This document shows, in pieces, positions 13,637 to 27,065 of a stretch of DNA of 64,000 nucleotides. Both the position numbers and the translations under genes were made by a program. Every line of letters begins with the position of its first letter. Position 1 is the stretch's first letter. The stretch is taken from assembly GCA_050273025.1 (NCBI GenBank), contig CP158635.1, positions 30,752,001 through 30,816,000 of the forward strand. The letters run 5' to 3'. Source of the stretch: Cenococcum geophilum. Lineage: Eukaryota. The notes under the pieces were generated by a model. It was not told the DNA's origin, searched no databases, and was given only the letters and a program-made list of their open reading frames with translations.

Positions 13637-14699
13637 TTTATTAAGGCCGCTGCGATATCCTTAGGATCTCCTAAACCGTTTTTATAGAGTAAGGTTTATT
13701 ATAACCATAGCACTTTATCCTATTTACTGCTAAATTCCCTTACTATTTCGGCTATAGAATTATATACACCGTGCTAATATTAAGAAATAATTATAATCTC
13801 TCTAAAGGAGTTAGTTTCTAAAATCTCTCCTTCTCTTATCTAATTTTGTCTAGAGCGGCGAAGTTTTATAATATTATGGAAAATTTAGAGACTTAGCCTG
13901 CAATCTTCTTAATATACTTATTCTATTCTTTTTATATATAGCTAGTTAGAATAGAGCATAGGGAGTTAAAATAATTAAAAGTATTTAGATTGGAAATAAC
14001 AGCCTTAATGCTAATTAGACACCAGCTCTACTTAATAAAAGTTCCCCTTCCGCTCTAAAAACACTAAAGAAAAGCCTAGGCTTAGAAGACTATTTGCTAT
14101 CGCGTGTAAATTTATATAAGGTTGCCACCTTAGTTGGTACTTTTAATTAGACCTATTAGGGATCTAGGGCTAAGCCAATACCGTAACTAAATATGCGTAA
14201 GTAAGCTAAGGTTAACCCATAGCTTACGCCTATAGCTTATAGTATATATAGCTAGTATTTCTTATAACCTTAAGGCTAAGCCCTATGTGGTTTAGAATGG
14301 TAAGGACACCTAACCCGACACTATTAAGCTTAAAAAATGCTATAGGCTATTTAATATACTACCCTAAGTTTTAAGGCAGCGTTAATAGAGCCTTAGTAAA
14401 GCCTCCTATCTTTTAACCGTATAGATATAAAGCCGAAGCCTAGAGCTACCTCTGTCGCCGCCTTTAAGTATCTCTAATAACGCGTTTAATCTGCGACTTC
14501 TTAAGGCGCGACTTATAGTAGACTGTATTAGCTATAATAAACTACTTATAGTATTTAATAGACCATATCGTCTCCTAACTACGTCTGTCCTATTTTTAAG
14601 CTTACTACCGTCCACCCTATTCTATAATCGCGCCTCCCTATCGCGGACTAACGTGCTTTACTACCTTTCTTAAGCTACTTTACTACTATAACTATATTC

Positions 14700-15575
14700 C
14701 CTAATATGGTTTTAGTAATAATATTCCTCTCTTAACCCTTTTATAGAAGAATTATACCCTCTAATAACGAATAGCTGCTTATATAAGCTGTATAAGTTAT
14801 ATTAACTTAGGACCGCCCCTACTCCTCCACCGCGTAACTAAAAGATAACTATTATTAGATTCCTAACCGGGTTTAATATAACGAACTACCTTAGCTCTAG
14901 ACTTATAAGCATAGTATACCTAAACTCCTCCTCTAATACTATTATTAAATATCCTTACTAAGTAGAAGAAGAGCCTGCTATTAAAGTTAAGAAATAGATC
15001 TACGAGTGGTTCTAGCAATATAGCGGGTATAAAGGTCTACTAAAGTTTTATAATACCTTTAAATCCGGCATCCAGCTAGAATATACGAGTAAGAATAAAC
15101 TCCGTCAATATATCTAAACCCATAAGGTTTATACTAAGTAACGCCTTTAGTGGGCTTAATAAGTCACTAGTACGCTTGCCTTTATTTATTTATACAGATC
15201 TAATATGCGGCAATATTTCCTTAGATAATTGCCTATACGCGAAGCTCCTTAACTTTAGTGGCTCCTTATAAGATAGTTTTAAGCCATCTATTATAGTGAC
15301 TACAAGCTATAAATATCTTAGAGCCGACCTAAAATTAACTTAGGTAGACCTATTTACCCTTAGCTCTACCCTATATAAAATCTAGATAGGTAAACCTCTA
15401 TACTTTAAGCTCGGGCTTAAAGAGATAGAAATTACTAATTTGTTTAAATAATCTAAGTTTTCTAAGACGAAAAGTCTAGGACTAATAGGCGATATTATTA
15501 TAGGGTGCTGGTAAGGCAGGTTTATAAGTGTAGATAATATTTTTAAAGGTATGCCACTTATTAATCTCCCTTAAC
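14700..15575 (+). pseudogene. Fungal protein kinase-like pseudogene
   Basis: De-RIPed motifs LGSGLTGMVY, VIKYP, EVEKQIYE, IHSTDLTCGNIFLD, AKLLDFGGSSIDG, DLFALGSTLYEIWTGKPPY. Confidence 0.85.
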
Positions 15576-15689
15576 TGTTATATACTAACGCCGTTTAACT
15601 ATTAACTTCTATAATAGAACCTATCTTTTTGCTTTTTCCCTCCTTAAGACAACTATTATAGTTTTAGTTTTTGGCTTACTCGTATTCCT

Positions 15690-16550
15690 TACCTATAGAT
15701 TAGTAAGGCGATAATAAATTAAAAGGACGGGGCTATATAATAAGCGCAAAGTAGGTATTTCCTAGGCTTCTTGGAACTGCTAAAGGTAATTATTTATCCG
15801 TTTACCCCTTTAGCTGGTATAGGATTGTTATAAGGGCCGGTTACTATACTGCTATCCTAGTAGTAATCGTATAATTATTTAGGGAAGGTGTGGTTCTGCT
15901 TATATTTAGAGTATAAGTAGGGGTTGTTAACGTAGGTATATATTTTGCTTAAGTTAAGGTACGTCTCTATACTTGGGGACGGATATTAGACGAGTTAAGT
16001 TAGCTATCTTATACCTAGGAGCATTGGCTATAATAATATACCCCTAGCTAGCTCTTAACGCTGATAATATAGAGCGCCTATATTGGTTAGCTAGGATATA
16101 GCATGCATTAAGTGTCCGTAGGTCGCTAGATTTTAGAGATATAATTACTATATACATTTATGGCTGCCTAGAAAACCCCGCTGGTCGATATATATTAATA
16201 GCGCGTCTTTAAACAAGGGCAGGGGGGTATAGTTGGATTTTATTAATCGCATAATAAGCTAGTGCGTTAAATTAGGCCGCTCTAAGTATACTTTATGGTC
16301 CTGTTAACCCTTCTTCTATAAGTATACTTAGCTTATTACCCGCGCGCTACTAATAAGGCTATTACTAACTTCCTATAGCTGTTAGGGCTATAGTAGGTAC
16401 TAGGATTACGGGAATCTCTAAAAGGCAAAACTAAAAGCTACTCTATATTAACTAATTCTGTAAGGCTTAGCTAGACGCTAGTCCTACTAGTAATAAATTT
16501 TTATAGACGCTTAGAGTGCTAGGGGAGTGCTCTTAAAGCTAGCGGGATAT
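15690..16550 (-). pseudogene. Hypothetical protein pseudogene
   Basis: Long minus-strand frame with only TAA/TAG RIP-type stops (LIKSNYTPLPLFKDALLIYIDQRGFLGSH...); no recognisable domain. Confidence 0.4.
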
Positions 16551-18354
16551 AATTACTCTATTAGTTATAAGTCTCTATTATTATTACGGCATACCTAGTA
16601 ATAATACCCCTTTAAATAAATTAAACAAAAGTTATATTGTATATTTAGCTATAATATGGGGAGATAATCTATTAACCACTACTATGCTATTACTAAGTCA
16701 CATTTAGGAGCTTCTTAAAGCCTACGGTATATCCAAATTCTATGTCTTAATGTCTCCATCCTTCCTATAATATTTTCTCGGTAAATATCTCTTATTAGGT
16801 CTTATCTTAAACGGGGTTAGGTAGTATCTCCTTTGGGTATTGGGCTTTCTTTAAATCGTTATAAGCGTCATAGTAATTAATAAGGTTTTAGAAAGTCTTA
16901 TCTTCTTTATTATCTATTATTAACCTATTGTCTTTAAAATAAGAGTAAATAATATTGCGTTATCTCTCGAATTCCTTCTTTTAGTTATCGCTAATTTTAT
17001 TCTATTTTAGCGTTAGGAGCTAGATTAGCCGCAATATATAAAGCTATAAAAACTTATATATAAAGGCTAGCAATCGTTCTATATATTACACACGGAACAT
17101 ATTACTAGGGATACAATTTCGTAGATGTTAGAAATGCTAGGGGAGTATTCTTAGAGCTAAGCGTATAACTGTCTTTAATTAACTATACACCGTATCCTTA
17201 ACCTTAACTTAGATAAACTAAAAGACTAAAAATATTAAAGAGTGAAGAGATTTGTATAAAAGTATATATAGGTCTAAAATTAGAGGCTTTAAATAACCTA
17301 GAAAACAAGAATAGAACGTTAATTACCTATAAAAAAATTTATTAGCGGGATATTGTAGGTATAGAGGCGTTCGGATAGCTGAGCTGGTAAGTACTAGAGT
17401 GTTAAATTATATTAATATCCTCCTAACTTTAAGCTAAGTAATAGGCTTAAAGTATAGGGCTATATGCCAAGGCCTAGTTTTGGTCCTAGTTATATATAGG
17501 AGCTAGTATAACTTATTTTTAGTTAACTATATCTTAATAGATATAAGGAGATAGTGCGCGGGCTATTATGTTTATAGTATTTGTCTAATAAGTATATTTT
17601 CGCGTAGGAATAGAAGGCAAAAATCTTATTATAAATTTATTTTAACTAATATTTGGGAGTAAAATAAGGGGACTATATTAGACTAGACTGGAATAGATAG
17701 GAATAGGGCGGGATATAGCTTATTCTGGCCTAACTCCCTTTTAGCTAAGAGAGATCCTTTAATTTAAGCCTATTAATAATACACCTAATGTTAGAGATAT
17801 TTAATAAATGGTGTACTAGACGAGGCTAAGGCTTTTACCTTCTACCTTTACTCTCCTAAAGATACCTAATTAGTTACCTACTTATACTGCCTACTCCTAT
17901 ATAAAACTTATTTATTGCCTTATACTTCTTAATATACTGCTTTATTAGTATTATAATGTTTTTTACTTACGTTCTGTAAATATTTCTCTACTTAGATAGT
18001 ACTACTACTATTCCCCCTATTAGAAGTACCTTATTATTTAAATACTCCTCTACTTTATTCCATTCTAAGTTACTATTAACATTCTTATTTAGTTCTGTTT
18101 GGCGAACTAGGAGCTTTAACTACCTTAGATCCCCTTCTGGCCAATAGGTTAGTTATTAGCATTTTTACTATAGATTACACTAAGATTTTAGGTTCGTGCT
18201 ACTACCCTACTAAAGAAAACCACTAAGAAGAATTAGATTTCGGCCCTATAGCGGCTATATAGACGGCTTATAAAGGCCAGCCGGCCGATCTTTTACTTTA
18301 TGCCCGCCTTAGCTAGTGTAATTATTATTTTATCCTAAGCTAGCGGTACCTTAC

Positions 18355-18626
18355 TGTTCGCACTAATTTAATAGTATGAGTGAGTTAGATCTAGGGGCAC
18401 GAAATACGTATAGTATTATATGCTCGTTTAGATAATGGTAACTGTCTCTTATATTGAGGTAGACTATGTAGTCTATATACTAATACGTCCTCCCCCTAAT
18501 TAGTCAGTGCTTTATATGTGCACTAGATACGTAAGCGAGTGGTTGGTATACTAAACGCGTAAACGCGTACCTGGCGTACCAAACGCGTAGGCACGCGGTT
18601 AATACGACAGGTGCTGTAATTATACA
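18355..18626 (-). repeat. 3' LTR of Copia element
   Basis: Direct repeat of 24568-24839. Confidence 0.95.
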
Positions 18627-21600
18627 CTAGTAGTACTTGGAAAATGAAACCACCTATATATACCCTTTGTAATTGCTCTAATGGAACCATAAAATATAAA
18701 AGAAAATATATAGGAAATAAAACTATAAGATGTAAGGAAAGTATATAGAAACCCCCCCCCTAAGGTGCCTTTTGGGCTGCCTTTTAAACGGTGCTCTAAG
18801 CTGGCTATAAGTTAGATCTTAAGTGCCGCTAAGGCGCTAGTGCTAAGCGAGCCAATGGCGATTTTCCGTGCCCGGTATGGAAAATCGTGATTGGTCGATT
18901 TAACCACCGTGGCAGAATATAGCAGAACTTAGCAGGTTACGTAAGTCCACCAAGTTCCACCGTAGCTTTCCACCGTTTTCTACTTAATAGCTTACGGTCC
19001 GTAGAATAGGCCGTATAATAAGCCGTACGGCCTTTTAACAGGCCGTAAACGCACCGTAGGTATTCCGTTAGTCTTATTCTACCTATTTTATAACCTCTAG
19101 ATTAAGTTTATTTATGTTAATTAAGATTTTAAGAGCTTGATACGGCTTTGCCTTAGTTATAGCGTTTGCTAGGTTATTTCTGCCGCTAATCTATTTGACC
19201 TCCGTAATCTCGCGCCGTTTATAGGCCTAACGTAAGCATATTAGGTCGACTATAAGCCTTTTCTCCTATATTGTACCTAGCTTAACTAGGTAGTTATAAA
19301 GGGACTTTAAATTAGTGTATAAAACTAGGGGTAACTGCTCCAGTTGTAGAATCTTCTAGACCGTTAATTTAATTACGGCTGCTATATTAAAGCTATAAGC
19401 TAGTGTATATAGTTTAGAAGCTAGTACACTATGGGTTACTTATTTGCACTTAATTGAAGACTAGTGCAGTATATTTATGTCTTAATTGTGGTCCGTAAGT
19501 ACGATTATAAAGCCGATTTATAATAATAGGTCTTTATTATTGGTAAAGGAGGCGTCCGTAAATGCTAGTAAGCTAAGAGAACTTAGGTCTAGTGGTACAA
19601 AAGTAAGTCCCCTTACTACATTGTTAATTTGCTACTAAATGCGCTTATTAAGCTGCTTAATATTTTCTTCTTATAGATCTACTGCCTGGGCCGCAAAGGA
19701 TAAATTATAGGCAGATTTAGGTTGGCAGACTGTAGCAATATAGGCGCCTCTTGCACGCTGTGCAACGTATTAGTCCTTTATATTTATGGTCTTATAGGTT
19801 TCTCCACGGGAGCTAGTAAGGTCCGTAGGCCTTACTATAACGGGCTTTAGGTTTTAAGCTTAGCGCTCCTAAGTTAGCTTAATTAGGTTGCCCTTTTATA
19901 TAATTAAGCCTCCGTTAAACTTAATTAGGGTCTACTTAATTAACTGCTCTTGTGGTTTTGCTAAGAACTTCGCCTTTTATAGTTTAGTTTCTTTAGCGTC
20001 CGCAAAGGTCTAGTCTGCTAGGAAGAGGGTATTGTTTATTTAGAGTCTAATAATACTAAGGCCGTTTAATGGGCTGTATAGGAGGCAGGGGTCGTAGGTC
20101 GACTGTTTTATTTTAAGTTTACTAACGTAGTGCTAGTAGTATATTTTAAATTAATGGTTTCTAGCTTCTGGTACTCCGTAAAGAGGTTTTATAACCCGTA
20201 AAATTGTTCCTAGTTATAGGTTAAGCTCACGGGATAGTTGTATAAAGATATCTCTGCTTAGGTAGATATTAGACTATATATAGGCTTGTAAGATATCCCG
20301 TAGGTAGAGGGCTACGGATTTAGTTTGCTATAGTCTAGGTGTAAGTACAAGTATAATCCGTTGGCTAACTTGTTAGATTATAGGCGATTGCGTAAGGACT
20401 AAGTCCTTTCCTTAGTTATTATAGGCTTGTATAACAAGCCTTAATTTTTTAAAAGCTTTATTAGTACTAGAGTGCTTAATTTTATTAATAAAGTATAAGT
20501 TAAATATACGGACGCCTTACGGAACGTCTCTCTCCGTTATAACCGCAAAGATACCCTTTTTAAGTAGTCCGTTAATCTCTTTATATTATAAGTCTATAAA
20601 CGGGGTTTCTTATACTAGAACTAATATATCTATAGGCGGAGGTTGCCTTACGGATATTCCTGCGGAGGTTAGGTAATTCTCTATTACGGGGTTTTTAGTT
20701 ATAGGGTGCTTTTAGGGGCATCCTTAACCACGCTTTATAATAGGTTTAGTAGGTTTAGTAGGTTTCTAGGGGACTTCTAGGGTAGGCAAAGGTGCTTCTA
20801 GTTTATCTAATTCGGTAGTCGCTTCTAGTTTATCTAGTTTGGCGGTTGCTTCTAGTTTATCTAGCTTAATGTTATAGGTAGTTTTGGGCCAAAAGTAGGG
20901 TTTTACGGACGTGCTTCTAAAGCTAGTTAGCCCGCTAAAAAGTTATACACAGCACGTCTCGTTTTCTACGGCTAGTAGATAATAGGGTCTATTCTAGCTG
21001 CCGCTTTTACGCTATACGAGGACTTTAGAGTTAAGTGGGAGGTTATATACTAAGGTCGTGTTAGTTCCGTTGCGGTGGTATAAGGCGTTATTAACAGTTT
21101 GTTTAGCCCGTAGCTTAACTATCTTAGCTATTACCTTCCGTATTACAGCTGCTTGTTCCGTAATAGATAGGGTAGGAGGGCCTAGGTTGCTTATCCTTAG
21201 GTAGGCTCCGTAAACTAAGAGGGTAGGTACTAGTCTATTAGGGCCAACAGTGTTATTAATGGCTTTTACGGCTATCTGTAGAGCCAGTTCCTTTTAAATG
21301 TCCTTATATTCGTCCGTAATGATCTAGTAAGCTCTCTATAAGGCTAGGTAAGCTCGCTTAATAAGCTTAACGGACTAATATACCTTGACTGGGACAGCTT
21401 TTGTTAATATAGCCATGGCCATAGTATACTGCTGGAATTCCTTGCTGATAAAGTTCCTACTAGTGTTATAGGTAATATACTTAGGGGGCCTAACGTATGT
21501 GTCAATCTAGCAGGTCCGTAAAATATCCTAAGTGTATTTTATGGATATATTTTGCAGTTAACAGGCGGCTTAATAGTGGGTTGCCTTGTTAATTATATGT

Positions 21601-24567
21601 AATACTAGGCTACCGTTAATGTATATAATGTCTATATATACTAAGTGGTTAAAATTAAGGTCTTTATAAAGGGTGAACTTAAATTGGCCTAGGGAACGTC
21701 CGTATTTCTAGCAGAAGGAGTAGTATTTAGTTAGGTGGTCAACTGCCTTCTTATTAACATCGTTATGTCTAGAGCGTTTAAGGACTCTATATAGCTTTTT
21801 AGCTAATAGATGGCCGAAACGGCGGTGTAGGTGGTGGATTTCTATACTAGTAAGGTAGCACAGGTTATAGTTAAAAGATTCCTAAATGTAGGTCTATAAA
21901 GTCTCTCCCTATATAAGAAACGGGTGTCCAAATCGTTGTGTAATTAGTAGGGTGATATACTTATTTCCTAGGGTAGTTATAGGGCCAATTAGGGTATCCG
22001 TAACGTTATTATAGTACACCTATAACCTATCTATATCCGTAAGGCAGAGTAGGAAAGGGGTGTTTTCTTTTACTATATAGAAGTTAACTAGGCTAATTAG
22101 AGTCTTAACTACTACTAATCCGATTAATGCGGTTGAGCTAATGCCGAACTAGACGTTTATAGCCCCAGTTTACGTAATATTAATGTCTGTATTATTATTT
22201 ATGGTGGTTCTATATATAAGGTATTGTCCATAGCCTACGGTAGACTTCTTAAAGGCACTTATATTAATTATAACACCGTAGAATTCCTTAGGGGTATAGT
22301 GTTCTGTGGTAATATATATAAATAGGTCCTACTCGTAATCTATAAAGTCTATAACAGGGGTACTTATAAAATGGTTTTTAGGCGTAACTAAGTGTATAAA
22401 GGAACGGTCGGCTAATACGGTCGTAATATTAAAGGCTTAGCTGTCTGTAAAAGGTCTAAAAGTGGTTAGAAACGTATCTAAGGTCTCTTATTTCTAAGCG
22501 TTTAAGTTAAAGTCAATTATAAGGGCTTCTATTAACTTATTAGGAGGCTCTTCCGTTTCCTCTCCTTTGTATTCTAAAATAAACTAGTTAATACGGCTAT
22601 TAAGTCTCTTTCTAGACTTATTACGTTCTTCTTAGGTATGCCTTATAGACTAATATCCTTCTTTACCGCACATAAAGCACTTCTGACTAGTTTATCTGCG
22701 GGGGTATATTTTTGTACGGAAGTTATTATAGGGGTTATGGGTAGGACCTGGTCGATATAGGTACTGCTAGTGGTAGCGGCGGTCCGTAAAGTAGACGTCT
22801 AAGTCTGTTTATAGATATTAAATATCCGCAATAAAGGCTTAAGTGCTGCCTAGTGGGTTTAAGACTTTATACGTTATAATAGAGGAGCGTAAATCATTAA
22901 TAAGGCCAGCTAGGGTATCTATAGGCTTGTAGTAGGCGTACTTATAGGGCTCTACTTCCTAGTAGGCCGTAATAAGTTCATTATATAGGAAGTCGTCTGT
23001 TTAAAGCTTAGCGTTAAGGCCGTACTATAGGTGCTAAAGGTCTTTAATAAGAATTTGCAGGCACTCTATAGTCGATTTTTTAGTATTTTTGTTAATTACG
23101 GTCCGTAGCTTAGTTACATTCCATTAGGTAAGGATATTACGCTTATACTCCAGTCCTTTAAAGTAGTTATAGGTAGCTTTATATAGCTTATTAAAGGGGA
23201 CACCAAGGGGGTTACTCTTAAGGTTAGTGTAGTAGTGGTTAAGTGCTAGGCCGCGTAGTATGGTAGAGTAGGCTTGGCTAAACTCTTATTTAAGAATATT
23301 AGCCTTCTAGCAGAGGTCTATAAAGATAGTTAGTTTAAAGTCAAAGTTGTCGTTTTTACTGCTATACTTAGATTCGTCGGTATAGAGCTTAGCTAGGTTA
23401 GCTAGCTCCTTACCGTAGGTCTTTACTTAGGTAGGTTATAGATCTATAGCTTGCAGATCTATAGCTTGCGGATATATAGTTTGCGGATATATGGTTTGCG
23501 GATATATGGCTTATGGATCTATAACTTAAATAATAGGGGTAATTTGGTCCGTATTTTGGTTTACGGGGGTATTATAGTCTATAATTTGGGTTATGGGGGT
23601 ATTATAGTCCGTAGCGTGGTCCGTAACTTAAGAGTAGGGTATATTTTAGCTAGTAAGGTTAGCTCTAAAGCCGCTTAGGTCTATAGGATAAATTTAGTTA
23701 AGTGGGTTAGGTATAAGGCTAGCGATTATATTAAGTTTAAAAGAAGTAAAGAGTTCCTTAGTTTCTTGGAACTGGTTTAGGATTTCCTCTTTAGTCTATT
23801 CCGTTTGGTCTTTTTTGTGTATTGTGTTGTATAAGGACTATATAATAGTAACTCGTTTATTCCTTTTAACCTATACACCTTAGTTACGTAAAAGGGTCCG
23901 TAGGTTACGGATAGTAGTAGGGTTGCATGCTTTAAAGATAGCTTCCATAAAGTCCGCAAAGTCTTCCTAGTATTGCTCCTATAGGTCGACGTTTATAAGC
24001 TTAAAATATTCGTATTTAAGAACTTTAAATTTAATATAGTTGTTAACGTCAGGTATAGACGTAAGGTCGGCTCCCTACCTCCACTTTTCCTAACCTTTGT
24101 TAACTTGCTTTCTTAGGTCTACTATACTGTATTATGTAGTGTAGTACGTAGTAGGTAGGAGGGGTCTTGTAGTGGTCCGTAAAGGTAGTTAGTAGGTCTA
24201 TACTAGTTCGCGGAAGGGTAAGAGGTTTTATAGCGGTCCGTAAAGGTAATTAACGGGTCTATAACAGTTTATAGAAGAGTAAGGGGTCTCTATAAGGGGT
24301 CTAAAAAGAGGTTAGGGGAGGTATAGTAGAAATAGGGGTTTAAGGTTTAAGGGTAGGGGTTTTATACAGGTCTATGTTCGCGTCTATTATACTTCCGGTA
24401 AACTGTACTAAGACTTAAATAAGTATATAGAGTTGGTAATAGTCCGTAATCCCCAACTTCCGACCTTCTAGTAGGTCGTACTAGGAGTTTAAACGGGTGG
24501 TCGCTGTTATATATCGCTTGGTGGGAGGTGTCAAGTAATTGCTAATCTGTGCGCGCTTACTAATCAG

Positions 24568-24839
24568 TGTTCGTACTAATTTAATAGCACGAGTAAGTTA
24601 AATCCAGGGGTATGAAATACGTATAGTATTATATACTCGTTTGGATGATGGTGACTGTCTCTTATATTAAGGTAGACTACGTAGTCTATATACTAATGCG
24701 TCCTCCCCCTAATTAGTTAGTGCTTTATACGTGCACCAGACGCGTAAGCGAGTGGTTAGTGTACTAAACGCGTAAACGCGTACCTGGCGTACCGAACGCG
24801 TAGGCACGCGGTTAGTACGACAGGTGCTATAATTATACA
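24568..24839 (-). repeat. 5' LTR of Copia element
   Basis: Direct repeat of 18355-18626. Confidence 0.95.
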
Positions 24840-25328
24840 CTTACTATCCTAGCTAAAATTATACCGCTAGTTAGGATGTGCCTTAATAGCACTAGGAAGT
24901 TTCCTAATATATACGCTTTTTATTTTAGTTCTAATCTTTTTAATTTATAAGGCACTGTGCCTATAAGAGCTAGAAGAGCCCTTCTATATTAAAGTAATAT
25001 AATTTCTTAAAAGGATAGACTTACGGGGAGCCTTATACACTATAATTATTAGGATTATTACAGCGGTAGCAAGTATAATTCTCCTATTAGTAGATAGCAT
25101 ATACTTATTTCTTTTAGTAAGTAAGTCTTTTAGCTTTTTAAAACATCCCACTAATCTAAGTAGGGAGAGTATATTATAGCCTATGTTATAATTAGTATAA
25201 GAGTTTCTGTATAAGCCTAGAAGTACTATAAACGAGAAAAAGCATTAAGGCGATTAGGTATAGAGGGTTTAGTAAGGATAAATTTAGCGTAGGAGATAAC
25301 TAAAGTGTAGCTATTTAAGGGAGTTATC

Positions 25329-25514
25329 TATTACGGCTTATACAAATGCCTCTGAACCGAAGCTTGTAGAATGCTGTATTATAAAGATACTAAGCTAAGG
25401 AGCAGACGGAGGTTGAGGAAAGGATAGGTTTATATACACGGGCCAAGTCTCCAAGCGAGCCCCTAACTAGGCTACATGTAGACGTCGCAGGGGCGGTGCC
25501 CCAGCGCCGTCACA
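25329..25514 (-). mobile_element. Solo LTR (186 bp) related to the LTRs of Gypsy element 2
   Basis: TATTACGG...CCGTCACA with perfect TSD TTATC on both sides; first ~70 bp nearly identical to 45924-45993. Confidence 0.9.
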
Positions 25515-26089
25515 TTATCTATCTTTAGGGTCGAAGCTATAATTAATTTTTTTGGTTTTCTATTCTCTTTTACTGGACTCCCTTTAGGGATTAAGTCTAG
25601 TGGCAATCTTAAACCCAACTTTTAGTGTATTTAATACCTAAATTATAATTAGGATAGTCCTAAACTAGCCGTATATAGGTACTCGTTGCCTACTAGTTTG
25701 CTTATTAAATAAGGGTTAGCTATAAATATTTATAAAAGGGTTAGAAGGCTAAGTAAAAGCTATTATTTATAGACGGTAAGCAAAAGCCACTTATATTAAC
25801 TAATACTAATATTATAGGCTAGGGCGAGCCGTATCTAACGGTCCGGCGCTTAACCTTTAGCTATTAGGTACGTAATATCCGCCCTACTAGAAGCCGAAGG
25901 GGTAGCTATTATATAAGTTGGGTATTAACGTTTATAGCTAGTATTACTTTAAATAAGGCCTATTTTGTCTTTTCGCGCTATACGCTTCTACTTATATATT
26001 CTTTTAAATATTATATATACTTTATAGTTTGCTATATAGTATATAGGTTATCTTTATTTTAATTAACTTAACTTTTTCGGCTTTACGTA

Positions 26090-26931
26090 AATAGCCCTCT
26101 TCTCTAAAATCTTACTACCCTAATAATACCTTTAAAACTTTAAGGTGAGTTATATATAAGTAACTTTCTATCCTTATAGCAATTATATAGTCACTTATCC
26201 TATAGGTAGCACTTTTAGTAAGTATATATATATTCTCGCCTCTTCCTTTTTAGAGGATATCCTTAACCAAGCCCTCCCCTTAGTAGAAGACGTATTCTTA
26301 TATATAAACACTTCTTCCCCTTAACTAGGCCCTGTAATTATTACCTTAAGACGTTACTATAGGATTTTATTAAGCGCGCGCTAAGAGACCTACCCCCTTT
26401 TTAAATCTTATACGCTATTAACAAAGACCTTAATCCGATCTTAGACGGCCTTTATATAATAGGGCACCGTTTTCTAAATATATATTGTTCTGCCTTATGC
26501 TAGACTACATAAGGGCCCCAATTATAGCTAGGATAAGTTAGATAACGCCAGTTAATAATATCGCGTAAGATAATTATAAGCTTAAGGAGAAGGCTATATA
26601 ATTAGTAAGATACTTATAGGGCTTATAGGAATATATTTTTGCTAAATACTATTTAGTTTAGAGTAGATCTCATTATAAACCCTAAGACGATTAGTACAGA
26701 CTTTAAGATAGTAGACTTATTAGTTTATATAATCCTTATTAAGAAACACAGCGCCAATAAGGCTGTTAGAGTCTTTAGTAACCTAATAAGGAACGTAGTT
26801 ATAGGTCCAAATAAGGGTGTTAGTTTTATTATCGTTATTATAGGGCCTAGTAAAACTTATAGGCTATTTAGTAGTCCTTCTATTTAGTACTTTTGCCGCT
26901 ATAGTTCTTAAAGCAAGCATGTATTAAAATA
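26090..26931 (+). pseudogene. Intron-containing hypothetical protein pseudogene
   Basis: GTGAGT/GTAAG donors and TAG acceptors; exon frames DLRRPLYNRAPFSKYILFCLMLDYIRAP and RVDLIINPKTISTDF with RIP-type stops. Confidence 0.4.
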
Positions 26932-27065
26932 ACGCTTTGCTTAATTAAAGAGAGAATTCCACTTTTACGCTTAATCTAAGAGTTAGTTCTAAGTTAATGT
27001 TAATAAATAGTAATAGCACACTAATATACGGATATATTATTTATAAGTTCGAGTAGCTAGCCTTA

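Larger units (their letters stand above)
18355..24839 (-). mobile_element. Ty1/Copia LTR retrotransposon, full length, RIP-inactivated
   Basis: 272-bp LTRs 18355-18626 and 24568-24839 (TG..CA); perfect TSD CTTAC; minus-strand gag-PR-IN-RT-RNase H order; RT core reads GLQTDDTLFLAD after de-RIP (~20020-20060). Confidence 0.95.

Noticed and set aside
16700..17750. Possible further minus-strand pseudogene
   Set aside because: Coding-like stretch but no recognisable motif and boundaries could not be fixed
18350..18354. TTAC next to an element end as a Starship direct repeat
   Set aside because: It is the 5-bp TSD (CTTAC) of the Copia element
23451..23678. ORF with LRIYG repeats
   Set aside because: Antisense reading of a 15-bp repeat within the Copia gag region
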